Shown: positions 46,995 through 57,987, counted from the first letter of the stretch. The stretch is 64,000 nt of DNA from Gammaproteobacteria bacterium (GCA_016928055.1 JAFGLM010000001.1:31260-95259); one strand, 5' to 3'. Made by a program: numbers and translations. The notes: a model not told the origin generated them from the letters alone.

Positions 46995-48386
46995 ATGTCA
47001 CAGTCTGAATTTAAAAACCGCTATGTTTGTACGTGTTTAGTAATTATTTCTATATCATTTTCTCTGCTTTCCTGTGAATCCAGGACTGTGGCGATGGTAC
47101 CTGATGACTGGAAGATGGCAGAGGAAATTGTGCAGAAAATTGAACTGCCGACTATTCCCGATAAAGATTTTCTGGTTTCTGATTTTGGTGGTGTCGCGAA
47201 TGATGAACAGGATGACAGACCGGCGATAATGAGTGCTATTGAAAAGGCTGGCAATGAGGGTGGTGGTCGCGTTGTGCTCACGGAAGGAAACTGGCTAAGT
47301 AACGGCCCCATACATCTCAAAAGCAATATTAATTTGCATATCGCTGAGAATGCCGTGTTGCTATTTGGCCCCGATCCGAAAGATTATTTACCGGTCGTTC
47401 TTACACGTTGGGAAGGCACCGAATTATACAGCTACTCCCCGTTAATATATGCTCATAATGTTCATGATGTCGCCATTACCGGCAAAGGAACCATCGACGG
47501 TAACAGCGAGAGCGTTTTTCATGGCTGGATAAAAAAGCAGGAAGCGGATCAACTCGCTTTACGTAATATGGGCGCTAACGGTACCCCTGTCGAAAATCGT
47601 GTTTTTGCAGAAGGCACCTATCTACGGCCCTCGATCATCCAGTTCTTTGATGCAAAACGTGTACTACTTGAAGACTACACAGTGGTCAATTCTCCATTCT
47701 GGATAAACCATCTTGTTTATACGGATCATGCAGTAGTTCGAAATCTAAATGTTGCCAGTCTCTACGGAAATAACGACGGTGTCGATGTTGATTCCAGTCG
47801 TTACGTACTGATTGAAAATAATATATTTAGAACAGGCGACGACTCGGTTGTTGTTAAATCAGGACGCGATCTGGACGGTCTAAACATTGCTCGCCCCAGT
47901 GAAAATATTGTCGTACGCAACAACGATATGGGCGGCGAAGACGGCATCGGCCTGGGTAGCGAAATGTCCGGTGGAATACGAAATGTATTTTTTACTGATA
48001 ACGTTTTACGCAAAGGCTCATCTGCAATTCGCTTCAAATCAAATCTCGACCGTGGTGGGATTGTTGAACATATACGCGTTCGCAATATGACCGTGGAATC
48101 TTTTAATAAACTCTTCTGGTTTCAATTAGACTATCCAGGCCTTTTGGGCGGTGGATATCCAGCCATTTATCGCGATATCGTATTTGAAAACTTCACTGTC
48201 GAAAATGCTGGAATATTTTTTGAAGCACACGCGCCGAAAGGCGCTCCACTGCAGGATGTACTATTTAAAAATATCGTGGTTAAAAACATAGACAAAACAC
48301 TTATCCTGGAAAACGTCCAGAATATTCAGTTTGAAAATGTAAAAATTGGCGATCAGACAGTCGATGGAAGGCTTGACTGGAAGTAA
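46995..48386 (+). CDS. Glycoside hydrolase family 28 (polygalacturonase-like) lipoprotein
   Basis: Lipobox SLLSC. Parallel beta-helix motifs: NSPFWINH, GNNDGVDVDS, RTGDDSVVVKSG, IRFKS. Confidence 0.75.
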   Translation: MSQSEFKNRYVCTCLVIISISFSLLSCESRTVAMVPDDWKMAEEIVQKIELPTIPDKDFLVSDFGGVANDEQDDRPAIMSAIEKAGNEGGGRVVLTEGNWLSNGPIHLKSNINLHIAENAVLLFGPDPKDYLPVVLTRWEGTELYSYSPLIYAHNVHDVAITGKGTIDGNSESVFHGWIKKQEADQLALRNMGANGTPVENRVFAEGTYLRPSIIQFFDAKRVLLEDYTVVNSPFWINHLVYTDHAVVRNLNVASLYGNNDGVDVDSSRYVLIENNIFRTGDDSVVVKSGRDLDGLNIARPSENIVVRNNDMGGEDGIGLGSEMSGGIRNVFFTDNVLRKGSSAIRFKSNLDRGGIVEHIRVRNMTVESFNKLFWFQLDYPGLLGGGYPAIYRDIVFENFTVENAGIFFEAHAPKGAPLQDVLFKNIVVKNIDKTLILENVQNIQFENVKIGDQTVDGRLDWK

Positions 48387-48401
48387 TCGGTTGACTCATG
48401 G

Positions 48402-48434
48402 CCTGCTACTCACGATTGAGTGGCAGGTCATTTT
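48402..48434. terminator. Bidirectional terminator between GH28 and the convergent M15 peptidase gene
   Basis: cctgctactca-cgat-tgagtggcagg is an 11-bp stem with one G-U pair, followed by tcatttt. Confidence 0.65.
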
Positions 48435-48439
48435 CCAAA

Positions 48440-49081
48440 TTAATAACCCGTCGGCGAAAAATGCATAAAGTCCTTTTGTTTACCCGCTATTTCTCCGCCC
48501 CACTTAAGCCCTATTTTTTCTAACGCTTTCACCACAACACTGTTTTCCGTCAATGATCTTTTGTCGATATCCGGCAACCATGCACCGCCCTTTATAAGGC
48601 GGCATTCCGAATTATATTCAACGCAATGATCATAGAGTCCGTTTTGATCAGGATTGATATCGATGGCAATCCCAAATGAATGATTGCTAAACTGCGTACG
48701 ATTACCCTTTTCATCAATATCGCCCCGTGTCATGCCCACCCTGTAACCAATAATTTTTTCAATAGGTACCCCTTTGTCTATAACATCCAATAGTGCCGTT
48801 CTCAAGGGGCCGGCTAGAACACGACATACTTTGAAAGCATTCGTCCCATTTAATTCTATTTCAACCTGATCCTGTTCGCAGACCGAGCAACCAGTTGCAG
48901 CATCGACTTCGTAAGGTAGCAACTGGCTATAGGCCTTTTCAATACGCCTGTATTCAACCGCTGATCGGCTGATGGTGTTCCATTTGTAAGTGGAATAGGT
49001 ACATTGGTTCGCTGCTAAGACTGAAAAAGTTAATAATTGGCAGCCTATTCCCATCACAAGCGATGATTTATAGCTGGCCAT
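48440..49081 (-). CDS. M15-family (VanY/D-Ala-D-Ala carboxypeptidase-like) zinc peptidase, exported
   Basis: Signal peptide present. The HSFGIAIDIN (HxxxxxxD) and DFMHF metal-ligand motifs are present. The start overlaps the pbpC stop by 14 nt. Confidence 0.7.
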   Translation of the reverse strand: MASYKSSLVMGIGCQLLTFSVLAANQCTYSTYKWNTISRSAVEYRRIEKAYSQLLPYEVDAATGCSVCEQDQVEIELNGTNAFKVCRVLAGPLRTALLDVIDKGVPIEKIIGYRVGMTRGDIDEKGNRTQFSNHSFGIAIDINPDQNGLYDHCVEYNSECRLIKGGAWLPDIDKRSLTENSVVVKALEKIGLKWGGEIAGKQKDFMHFSPTGY

Positions 49082-51434
49082 AATGATCGGTACTTAATAC
49101 TTCAAATCCTCTTACCAAACGATCACCTTTCTCATCCACCAGCACCAGCTGATGCTTTCCTGCTTGTATGTCCAATGCCTGTTGATGAAAATACTGCGTC
49201 TCGCCGATGTATTTGCTATCGAGATGCCAGAACAGCCTGGCCTCTGGATTTCGATGTACTGCTTCAAACACTACCCGTTCCTTCTCTGCACCAAGATCAA
49301 CTGGTATATAGAACTTTGTTCCAACATTGGGATAGAGTAACGCAATATCACTCAGACTTATCGTGCCAGTGATTCCAGGCTGACAGTCGGTTCTATATTT
49401 TGGTAACGAACGGTAACTACTATGTGTGGGACGGAAGTAATATTCCTGCGCCGGTGGCAAACTAAACCAGTTAACGTGCTGTATATTAAAAACACTTTCG
49501 CAAAGACTGTGGACACGCGATCCTTTTTTATCAAGGTGTACTAGCTTATTGTATGGACTGATCTTTTCAAAATGACTTTGTTTTGGTACCCATTGAGTCG
49601 TCGATTCACAATTGCCGTTTGCGAGATAACCATCATTTGCGCAAATCAAAACCTGCTTCATATCTCCCAGTGGTTGACTGAACCATTCGGTGGAATCCAG
49701 ATGATTAAAAACCTCAAACATAATCGGTGCTGCAGCAGTAACACCCGTCAGTTCAGGTCTACCCTCGCCATTGGCATTGCCGGCCCAAACGCCAACTGTA
49801 TACCGTCCATTTACTCCAATTGCCCAGGCATCTCGTAGTCCATAGCTTGTGCCGGTTTTCCAGGCGACTTTTCCGGTGCTGCTAAAGTTTTTCCAATGCG
49901 CCTCCGCATCCGGTCGATTCACTTCAACTAATGCATTCAATGTTAGCCAGGCTGTCGCGGCACTTAATTCACTTTCTCGCCCTGACTCAATATTTTGATC
50001 TTGAAGTATCTTCAGTTTTTTGTAAGTTGAGCCTTTCGATTCAAGTTCAGATTTTGCCATCGTTGCAAGATTTGAATACATTGATGTCAAATCCCATAAA
50101 GTGCTCTCAGCACCCCCCAGGATCAACGTTAAACCATATTCGGATGGCTGTCTGAACAACGTACTCATACCCAGATGCTGCAGAAAATCGTAGAAACGAT
50201 CGACACCATATTCGTGCAACATGAAAACAGCCGGCACATTAAGTGAGCGCGCCAGTGCCTGCTGCGCTGGGACAACCCCACGATATTGTCTATCGAAGTT
50301 TTCGGGCATATATCCGGAATATTGCGTCGGCACATCAGGTACCAGAGTCGTTGGCAATATTACGCCTGCCTGCAACATGGCGGCGAATAAAAAGGGTTTT
50401 AGAGTACTACCAGAACTCCGAGGACTCTGAACAATATCAACAGCATAACCATTTTTGTCATTATCGTCATGATAGCTATTACCCACATAAGCCAAAACTT
50501 CTGATGTTGTGTTATCGACAACCAGTGCTGCAACGTTGTTAATACCTTTTACCGATAGCGCTTTTACGGATTTTCCAACTGCCTCCACAACATCACGTTG
50601 TATTTCATCACTTAATGTGCTGCGCAATCTGGTTTTTTTATTATTAACCTGTTGCACCAGTGTTTCCAGCATGTGCGGCGCAAGACGCGGCAAAGCCACA
50701 GGATTTGCCGGCAATGGCTCCAGCTCTGCCAACTGCAATTCAATAGCTCCAAGCTCATCGTGATCTTTCAGTTTTTTTAACAAACGATTTCTTTTAGCCT
50801 GCAGCAAATGACGATTTCTACCTGGATTAATTAAAGCTGGGCTGTTCGGTAAAACAGCTAACATGCTGCTTTCCGCCCATGATAAGCGATCCGGGCTACG
50901 TCCAAAATATCGCCAGGCTGCCGCTTCTAGTCCTACTACATTGCCACCAAAAGGCGCATGGCTGGCATATAAAATCAGAATCTGCTCCTTGCTATACTCT
51001 AGTTCCAGTCTCAGCGCTAATATCACTTCGATAAATTTTTCATAAAATGTTCTTGGTTTGTTTTTGCGTACCAGGCGAATCACTTGCATAGTGATAGTGC
51101 TACCACCGCTAATGATTCGACCTTTACGCAAATTGGTATTAACCGCGCGCGCGAATGCCAACGGATCAAAACCAATATGCGCATAAAACCTCCTGTCCTC
51201 AAATTGAAGTAGTGCCATTTTATACTTTTGCGGAATTGTCTCGAGTTCGGGAAATCTCCACTGTTCATCATCGGCAATTTTAGCGCCCAATAACTGCCCG
51301 TCACGGCTCAACAGAATTGTCGATACCGGATCATCGAATAATGGTTCTGGCAAACAAAACCAAAAGGCGATACCGGCTACCGACACAAATAGTGTCAACA
51401 ATACCGGTATCGACCATTTTGTAAAACGCGCCAT
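49068..51434 (-). CDS. pbpC: Penicillin-binding protein 1C (glycosyltransferase/transpeptidase)
   Basis: 788 aa. GT51 motifs: EDRRFYAHIGFDP, GGSTITMQ. The transpeptidase SxxK motif (SSGSTLKP) is present. It sits in the classic position downstream of the alpha-2-macroglobulin gene. Confidence 0.9.
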   Translation of the reverse strand: MARFTKWSIPVLLTLFVSVAGIAFWFCLPEPLFDDPVSTILLSRDGQLLGAKIADDEQWRFPELETIPQKYKMALLQFEDRRFYAHIGFDPLAFARAVNTNLRKGRIISGGSTITMQVIRLVRKNKPRTFYEKFIEVILALRLELEYSKEQILILYASHAPFGGNVVGLEAAAWRYFGRSPDRLSWAESSMLAVLPNSPALINPGRNRHLLQAKRNRLLKKLKDHDELGAIELQLAELEPLPANPVALPRLAPHMLETLVQQVNNKKTRLRSTLSDEIQRDVVEAVGKSVKALSVKGINNVAALVVDNTTSEVLAYVGNSYHDDNDKNGYAVDIVQSPRSSGSTLKPFLFAAMLQAGVILPTTLVPDVPTQYSGYMPENFDRQYRGVVPAQQALARSLNVPAVFMLHEYGVDRFYDFLQHLGMSTLFRQPSEYGLTLILGGAESTLWDLTSMYSNLATMAKSELESKGSTYKKLKILQDQNIESGRESELSAATAWLTLNALVEVNRPDAEAHWKNFSSTGKVAWKTGTSYGLRDAWAIGVNGRYTVGVWAGNANGEGRPELTGVTAAAPIMFEVFNHLDSTEWFSQPLGDMKQVLICANDGYLANGNCESTTQWVPKQSHFEKISPYNKLVHLDKKGSRVHSLCESVFNIQHVNWFSLPPAQEYYFRPTHSSYRSLPKYRTDCQPGITGTISLSDIALLYPNVGTKFYIPVDLGAEKERVVFEAVHRNPEARLFWHLDSKYIGETQYFHQQALDIQAGKHQLVLVDEKGDRLVRGFEVLSTDHYGQL

Positions 51435-51446
51435 AAAAAGCAGACT

Positions 51447-54400
51447 TTAGTCGGCCATTTTGTTTACCGACACCCACTGCCCTTTGCTACGGGCATGATT
51501 ACTTGCATCGTACATCGCTTCAACAGAAACACTCGGCAAGTAGAAATGACCCAGATAACTTGCATTCAGTAAAACATTAAATGTTTTCTGCTCAAGTGGT
51601 TCAAGACCAAAATACGTTAAAACACGATCATCCCGTATATCCTGATAGTCTATTCCGGTCTGTTTTGCCTCGCCAGCAAGTCGTGAATTATGTATTTCCC
51701 ATCCAGAAGCAATGATATGCGTTAAAGCGACGTTTTCCAGTTTTAGGTCGGTTAGATTACGCACTGTAACCTCAGCAACAAAATCCTGTCCCTGTGTCAA
51801 ATTGCTGATATTGAGCAAGCCGCCATCGATAGCTCTATACTCAACTGTTAAGCGCAACCCTTTCGCATCAGCGATTTCTTCTCCAGCTTTTGGAATACCT
51901 TCACTGAACACGTTGACATATAAATCCTGCTTTGACAGGTTCTTGACCCTAACTGGCTGTCCGGTATCCGGGAAATCAATCATTTCCTGCGAATACAACG
52001 GTGTATCCATCTCGACTTCGATCAAGTCCTCTTTGCCGGTTGCGTAAGAAAAATGCATGAAATTATCCAGACGATCGCTACCAACATATTTCGATATCGC
52101 CATCAATGCGTAGGCTATGGACTGAGTACTCTGCCATTTATCCCTGGAAAGTTCCATTGCTATCTCTTCCGCGATCTGCTTGGCTTTTTCATTTTCACCC
52201 AAAGTAACCAAACCGTTTAGAAGAATAGCCTTATCGCGTAACTCTGATCCATAAGTAATACCGGATATTTTATAAGTGATCGTATTCAAACGATCACCGC
52301 GCACTAAATCTTCAGCCGCACTGGTCAGCCCTGATAAACGATAAGCAGAGGCGATCATCCACTTTTCAACGGATGAAAGGTCTCCGCTCTCGCGCAAACG
52401 GTTCATCGCCGCCAGCTCCGGTTTGTTAGCCAGAGCAAGAGTATAGAGTCGATAAGCCTGAATCATCGTTGAGTACTCAGTTCCAGTCACCCATGACTGC
52501 GCGGCTCGAGATTGATAATCAACCCAGTTATCAAGCATATCTGCCGGGACATGGTATCCAAGCTTATCCGCTTCAATCAGAAAGTGCCCAACGTAGCTCG
52601 TTGCCCAATCATTAACACCTCCTCCCCAGCCTCCTGGCCAGTATGTAAACGCACCGCTGCCAACCTGAAACATACGCAGACGTTCAATACCGGAATGTAT
52701 ATTTGCCTCAACTCGTTGTTTAGTGGTCGGATTAAGGCGCAATAGAGTTGGCAAATATAATTGCGGAAATACTGAAGAAGTTGTTTGTTCCACGCAGCCA
52801 TGTGGATAACTAACCAGATAGCTTAACCGCTGCTCCAGATTAATTGGCGAGATGGCCGATACTTCCAGCGTTACTTTATTGGTTCCCATCAAGCCATGTG
52901 GGACAATCTCTGCTTGCCAATTATCTTTCGCAGGTAAAGTTATATTGGTTATACGTACCGTCCTTGGATTGGCACTTCTTACATCAATGAAAATTTCCGA
53001 CTCTGCGCTAAACGCTCCACTTCGTGCTATAAATTGCAGTCTGCCTTTTCCCAACTCAGGCTTGACTTTGAAACGCATGGTCACAAGCTGCTCTCCGACC
53101 GCATTGAATGTCAGTCTTTGTGAAGCTGGGCCGACAATTTCAAAATATTCGTTAGTTGCAACACTCAATTCAACGTTATTAACAGCTTCCTTCATAGCAA
53201 AAACGGAAACGGGCACGCTAAGTTCTTCCTCCGGCCCGATCACCCTTGGAACGGTCGCTAATATTGACAAGGCACCACGAACGAAAACAGATTTGTCGGC
53301 AGAACCATAAGCTCCTTGTTCACCAGCAACAATCATGACACGCACTGCTCCGATATATTGTGGTAACTCAAAGTTGTGCTTGTTGCTTTCACCCGCCTTT
53401 AGTTTGAATGGTCCCATAAATCGAACCACCGGTGGAAATCTTTTTTCTTCCTGATTCGCATTGGCGCTATCCGCCTCATCACCACCACCGAGGGACAACA
53501 AACGTTCCAGTTCGCCGCCATAAGCACCCGCTACAAGATCAAATAAATCCCAGGTAAAAACGCCGAGTGCTTCTTTTTTATAAAACGTTGCATGTAAATC
53601 CGGTGTTGCAAAACTGGTTAATCCCAACAAACCTTCATCAACAATTGCTACGGTGTAGGTCATTTCCCTACCACTCTCTTCTGCAACTTCGATCTCAACC
53701 GTTGAAGCCGGCGTCCACTCATCTGCTGACTTTAATATTGGTTTCAGACGTGTTGCCGGATCCTCTACCTTGATCGGAATCACACCGTAAAGACGTATCG
53801 GTCTGTCGTTATCCCGTTTCTCATGTGGTTGTACCAAAGTCACATCAATATAAACATTGGGGCTCATGTCTTTTGTGACAGGAAATGAATACTGTGTCTT
53901 GTTTTCTTCAAAAACAAACCACTGCTGCTGAATCACACGCGAACCATTTTCTATGCTAATCAACGCACGACCCTTTGAGGCAGTCGGCAGACTAATTACA
54001 GCAGTTTCACCGACCTTGTATGCCGGTTTGTCAGACACTAAAGTCAAACTGTTAGCACCAACATCGCCGCCTTCCTGTGCACGCCCTGCCCAACCCGGCC
54101 AATCAATATAAAGAATCTTGCCGCTACAATGCTTACCATCCAGATCACAGGCGCGGACCAAATAACGCCCCCAATCGGGGTACTTAATTTCAAATTCCCA
54201 TACACCGCGACCATTGACAGTTGAAATGACACTCTGATTTAGCAGGCCATTATGCGAACCGCTTGCATAATGCGCCAGCGATTCTCCTGATTTATCCCAC
54301 CACCATTTCCAATCAATTTTATATACTGATACCTGTATTCGGTCCACCGACACCGGCTCACCCAAACTATCCAGTGACGCAATTTCAACCGGATGCTTGA

Positions 54401-56984
54401 TATCAGTTAACAACATATTACGTGTCGCGTCGCCCTTAGGCAGTTTTATACCGATATAATTGTCGAATGCATGATAAGGCATGCTACTCTGACTAGTACT
54501 GAAAGCTCCACTTTCTTCAAAAACGCGCGTAGTAAAATTCGCAGTTAACATCCCCGGCGCAACAGAGTTCGCCCATATATTTGCACTAAAATCCAGGTTA
54601 CCGGTGTCATCCAGTACACCATCAAAAATAGTCTCCGATTCCCCATTAAATTGGCGAGCAGGATCATCAAAAATAAAATCGGTATTACGGGTGAATACTG
54701 TTGCTCTTGGCGATAATCGAGCAGAGACATCGACTTTCAAATTAGCTGCTATCGCTCCATGCAACCATTGGCTAAATATATGGCCATTAACAGGCATTTT
54801 TAACTGGTGTAACGCATCTTCTGGAAAGTTCAGTTCAACCTTCAGGCGATTCGGTATAACCGTCTCGATTTTCAGTGTTTTAGAAAATGTGCTTCCGCCT
54901 AATAACGCCTTGGCAGTCCAGTTGCCGGTCGGTGCATCATCCGAAGTCCTCAAATTAAACACATAAAAATCGCCAACCGGTTGAGTGTTGGTTAATGTTT
55001 TCATCAATTGACCTTGTGGATTGAACAATTGTATGGTTACTGGATGATTGGCAGGTATTACATTATTTTTATCTTCCAGAACAAAAGTTAGAAAGATATC
55101 ATCCCCAGGTCGCCAGACTCCACGTTCACCGTATATAAAACCCTTAACCCCCTGCTCGAGTTTTTCCCCACCGACATCAAAATGACTGATCGGCAATGCC
55201 GTTGCTTCATTTACTTTTAAATAACCGATTTGTTTTTCACTATTAGCTATTATATAAAATGGTTTCCCGTCTGTTTTAATGCGTACTAAACCCTTCTCAT
55301 CAGTCGTACCGGTTCCAATGTTCCGATTCTGGAAATTACGCACATCGATTTTCACTCCACCCAAAGGTTGAGCATTCTTTATATCGGTGGAAGCTATATT
55401 TAATATATCGTCACTGCCGCGTTTGGCGATTAAACCGATATTCGACGCGATAAAATTACGGCTTGCCTTAGTCTGCGAACCATACTGGTAATAGGAATCT
55501 TTACATGGATTATCGCGATCCTGCCAGGAATAACCGTCTTCTCCATAGTAGTCCTCAGCATAATCCCAACCACTTGACTCTTGCACATATAGATCTTCGT
55601 AATCCTTATACGGTTCTTCCTTTACAACCGGCACTTCCTCGTCGGTGCTACTGCAGGCAAGAATCGCGTTTTCTCTATTTATTGAAAGGGTTAAACGATA
55701 AAGGTCTCCCGAACCAGCCTTCAATAAATCAGTTACATCGAGTGAATACCGGGTCCAGGTATTACTGCCGACCTCTCCTAAATCGATTGTTTTGCGCCAA
55801 AGATGACGGCCAACCTGACCCAGAGAACTACTGCTATCCAGCTTATTAGCCTGGAGAAATTGCCCGATATTATCTTCATACACTTTAAACGCAGTAACTT
55901 GCACGGAACGCACATTAATGGCTTCGAATGGCACGCTCAAAACTCTATTTACTGGCAAGATAACACCGCTGCCAGCGAACTTTATCTCCGGGTTCTGCAT
56001 CTCAAAAAACACTTCGTGCTCAGTAGTTTTAGACAGGCTGGAACCTGACTCGCTACGAATACCCTTTTCCAGTGTAACTGTGTACTTACCCAAGGCTTTT
56101 TGGGTCGGGTAGATTTTAACCAGATCACTTTCAACGCGAACAGTAAAGTCTTTCACACTTAGCCGAACCAGACCATTTAGATTTTGTTGTGGATCAAGAC
56201 GGTCAGAAAACCGAACCTCAATATATTGTCGATCATCCTTGATACCCTGCACCTCGGTAATCTTAAATTCACCCAATGCGGGAACTTCAAGCTCATACTC
56301 TCCTTCTTTATCTATCGCCAATGGTTTAGCATCCCAGACTATCTTTAGCATCTCGGATTGAGGTACTCGCATAATATTGGCAATCGAAAATTCGTGCGCT
56401 GTTCCATCCGGGGAATGGAACCATGTTGCAGTCAGTTCCTGACCAGGAAAAGTGAACGAGAACATTTTCTCGATTAAATCACCCTGCTCAGAATCTGATG
56501 TAACGACGCTACCCATCAAAGTAGCCTCATTAGTCGTTGTTGTGAGTCCCAGTATATTGACTTCAAAATCTCGCGGAATAACATCAACACTGAACTCATA
56601 AACATCCAGGTTTTGGGGTACACCTTCGATTTTTCTGCCGAGTATCTGTACCTTGTACTGTTTACCAGACTGAAGATCTTCAGTGGGCTTGATCAGGACT
56701 TCACGACGGCCGTTAAAACTGATATTCGCACTTATTGATGGTGAGATATTCAATATGTCGGATGCATCTTCACCAATCCGCTCTTCCTGTACAACATCGT
56801 TGACAAACCGTATACGGATTTCCGATTTTTTTGAAACCATTCCACTTGTGTGCTGGCTGATATATTCACTCCATTGCGGATCCTGTGGTTTGGTCGGCTG
56901 TCCTGTTTCGGGATCACAACCGGAAAGTAGATTTAGTAAGACAAGAACGAATAATGCAACGAAAAACATATTCAGCTGGCGCAT
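51447..56984 (-). CDS. yfhM: Bacterial alpha-2-macroglobulin lipoprotein (YfhM/ECAM type)
   Basis: 1845 aa. Lipobox LLSGC. The thioester motif GCVEQ sits within YPHGCVEQTTSS (codons CVEQ at 52785-52796). Confidence 0.9.
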   Translation of the reverse strand: MRQLNMFFVALFVLVLLNLLSGCDPETGQPTKPQDPQWSEYISQHTSGMVSKKSEIRIRFVNDVVQEERIGEDASDILNISPSISANISFNGRREVLIKPTEDLQSGKQYKVQILGRKIEGVPQNLDVYEFSVDVIPRDFEVNILGLTTTTNEATLMGSVVTSDSEQGDLIEKMFSFTFPGQELTATWFHSPDGTAHEFSIANIMRVPQSEMLKIVWDAKPLAIDKEGEYELEVPALGEFKITEVQGIKDDRQYIEVRFSDRLDPQQNLNGLVRLSVKDFTVRVESDLVKIYPTQKALGKYTVTLEKGIRSESGSSLSKTTEHEVFFEMQNPEIKFAGSGVILPVNRVLSVPFEAINVRSVQVTAFKVYEDNIGQFLQANKLDSSSSLGQVGRHLWRKTIDLGEVGSNTWTRYSLDVTDLLKAGSGDLYRLTLSINRENAILACSSTDEEVPVVKEEPYKDYEDLYVQESSGWDYAEDYYGEDGYSWQDRDNPCKDSYYQYGSQTKASRNFIASNIGLIAKRGSDDILNIASTDIKNAQPLGGVKIDVRNFQNRNIGTGTTDEKGLVRIKTDGKPFYIIANSEKQIGYLKVNEATALPISHFDVGGEKLEQGVKGFIYGERGVWRPGDDIFLTFVLEDKNNVIPANHPVTIQLFNPQGQLMKTLTNTQPVGDFYVFNLRTSDDAPTGNWTAKALLGGSTFSKTLKIETVIPNRLKVELNFPEDALHQLKMPVNGHIFSQWLHGAIAANLKVDVSARLSPRATVFTRNTDFIFDDPARQFNGESETIFDGVLDDTGNLDFSANIWANSVAPGMLTANFTTRVFEESGAFSTSQSSMPYHAFDNYIGIKLPKGDATRNMLLTDIKHPVEIASLDSLGEPVSVDRIQVSVYKIDWKWWWDKSGESLAHYASGSHNGLLNQSVISTVNGRGVWEFEIKYPDWGRYLVRACDLDGKHCSGKILYIDWPGWAGRAQEGGDVGANSLTLVSDKPAYKVGETAVISLPTASKGRALISIENGSRVIQQQWFVFEENKTQYSFPVTKDMSPNVYIDVTLVQPHEKRDNDRPIRLYGVIPIKVEDPATRLKPILKSADEWTPASTVEIEVAEESGREMTYTVAIVDEGLLGLTSFATPDLHATFYKKEALGVFTWDLFDLVAGAYGGELERLLSLGGGDEADSANANQEEKRFPPVVRFMGPFKLKAGESNKHNFELPQYIGAVRVMIVAGEQGAYGSADKSVFVRGALSILATVPRVIGPEEELSVPVSVFAMKEAVNNVELSVATNEYFEIVGPASQRLTFNAVGEQLVTMRFKVKPELGKGRLQFIARSGAFSAESEIFIDVRSANPRTVRITNITLPAKDNWQAEIVPHGLMGTNKVTLEVSAISPINLEQRLSYLVSYPHGCVEQTTSSVFPQLYLPTLLRLNPTTKQRVEANIHSGIERLRMFQVGSGAFTYWPGGWGGGVNDWATSYVGHFLIEADKLGYHVPADMLDNWVDYQSRAAQSWVTGTEYSTMIQAYRLYTLALANKPELAAMNRLRESGDLSSVEKWMIASAYRLSGLTSAAEDLVRGDRLNTITYKISGITYGSELRDKAILLNGLVTLGENEKAKQIAEEIAMELSRDKWQSTQSIAYALMAISKYVGSDRLDNFMHFSYATGKEDLIEVEMDTPLYSQEMIDFPDTGQPVRVKNLSKQDLYVNVFSEGIPKAGEEIADAKGLRLTVEYRAIDGGLLNISNLTQGQDFVAEVTVRNLTDLKLENVALTHIIASGWEIHNSRLAGEAKQTGIDYQDIRDDRVLTYFGLEPLEQKTFNVLLNASYLGHFYLPSVSVEAMYDASNHARSKGQWVSVNKMAD

Positions 56985-57192
56985 GGTAGCCCCCGTTTAA
57001 TCGTCAAGTTATTGAAACATCGCCTGGATCCAAAAAGGCCCTTACTTATACAACGCTATTCGCACGTTGGCTGGATTATAAAGCAGATATGGCAACACGT
57101 AACAGGTACACCGGTCATTTTGTACACATTTTGAGCAGTATCAAGCCATCCCGATCAGACCGGAAACTGCTACTTGGAGGGGGGGATACTCT

Positions 57193-57690
57193 CTAAATCA
57201 GTTTAAACCAGGCGTCGTTTTTCCCACCGGGATGCAACAAACCGTAAAGCATGGATAAACCAAATAGAGCCCACATCACATTAAGAACCGTCGCAAAGCC
57301 GAGATTGATTTGAAGGACGAGCGCAAAAAGCTCGATAATGGCCATTCCCCAAAAACCCCATTTTCTGAATTTCAGCAGCGCGATTGAGAACAGGATTCTT
57401 GCGGCGCCGATAAAGATCAGTATGTCCGTCAATTGCAAAATGCCTGCTATTGCTGCTTGTATTTCAACTTGATAAAAATACTTATTGATGACTGTGTTAA
57501 GGATATTGGCTGCATTGAACGCAATTACGCCATACAGCCACAGCTTTAATATCCAGTACTGACTTTCTTTTTCCGCCGCCTCGGGAACAGACTCAACAAA
57601 GCCCTTCCTGATATCCTCGAGTTTTAAAACAACACCACCCTGTCTTTTAGGATTGAAACTGGTTTCATTCGCTGCTGTTTGTTTCATCAT
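57193..57690 (-). CDS. Hypothetical integral membrane protein (about 4 transmembrane segments)
   Basis: 165 aa. A hydrophilic N-terminus is followed by four hydrophobic segments. Same strand as yfhM and upstream of it. I recognise no family. Confidence 0.5.
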   Translation of the reverse strand: MMKQTAANETSFNPKRQGGVVLKLEDIRKGFVESVPEAAEKESQYWILKLWLYGVIAFNAANILNTVINKYFYQVEIQAAIAGILQLTDILIFIGAARILFSIALLKFRKWGFWGMAIIELFALVLQINLGFATVLNVMWALFGLSMLYGLLHPGGKNDAWFKLI

Positions 57691-57987
57691 CCTGATATCC
57701 TCAGTTCAAGAGTTCTAGGATTTTTTGCCCATCCAGTCAACAACATCATAGATCATTTAATTGACTCCTGCCTCGCATTTTTGTCATTCTGGTGCGCGCT
57801 CCGACAATTCCGACGACTTCAACCGCTTTTGGCATCGGACAACTACTTTGGTTCAATAGCGGCAGATTTCCACACCACTAAAGTGCCTTTTTAGCCGCGT
57901 AGCCCTGGTGGCACCTGCTCTACTCGTATGAACTGTTATTTTCGACTACAATCATAGCTGTTACGAAAACTTCAATGAGAGGGAAAA

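Noticed and set aside
51712-56112. Numerous plus-strand ORFs of 60-150 aa within the alpha-2-macroglobulin gene, and similar ORFs inside cusA, feoB, pbpC, gnd and others
   Set aside because: All are antisense or out of frame relative to long CDSs with clear family identity, and none has recognisable motifs.
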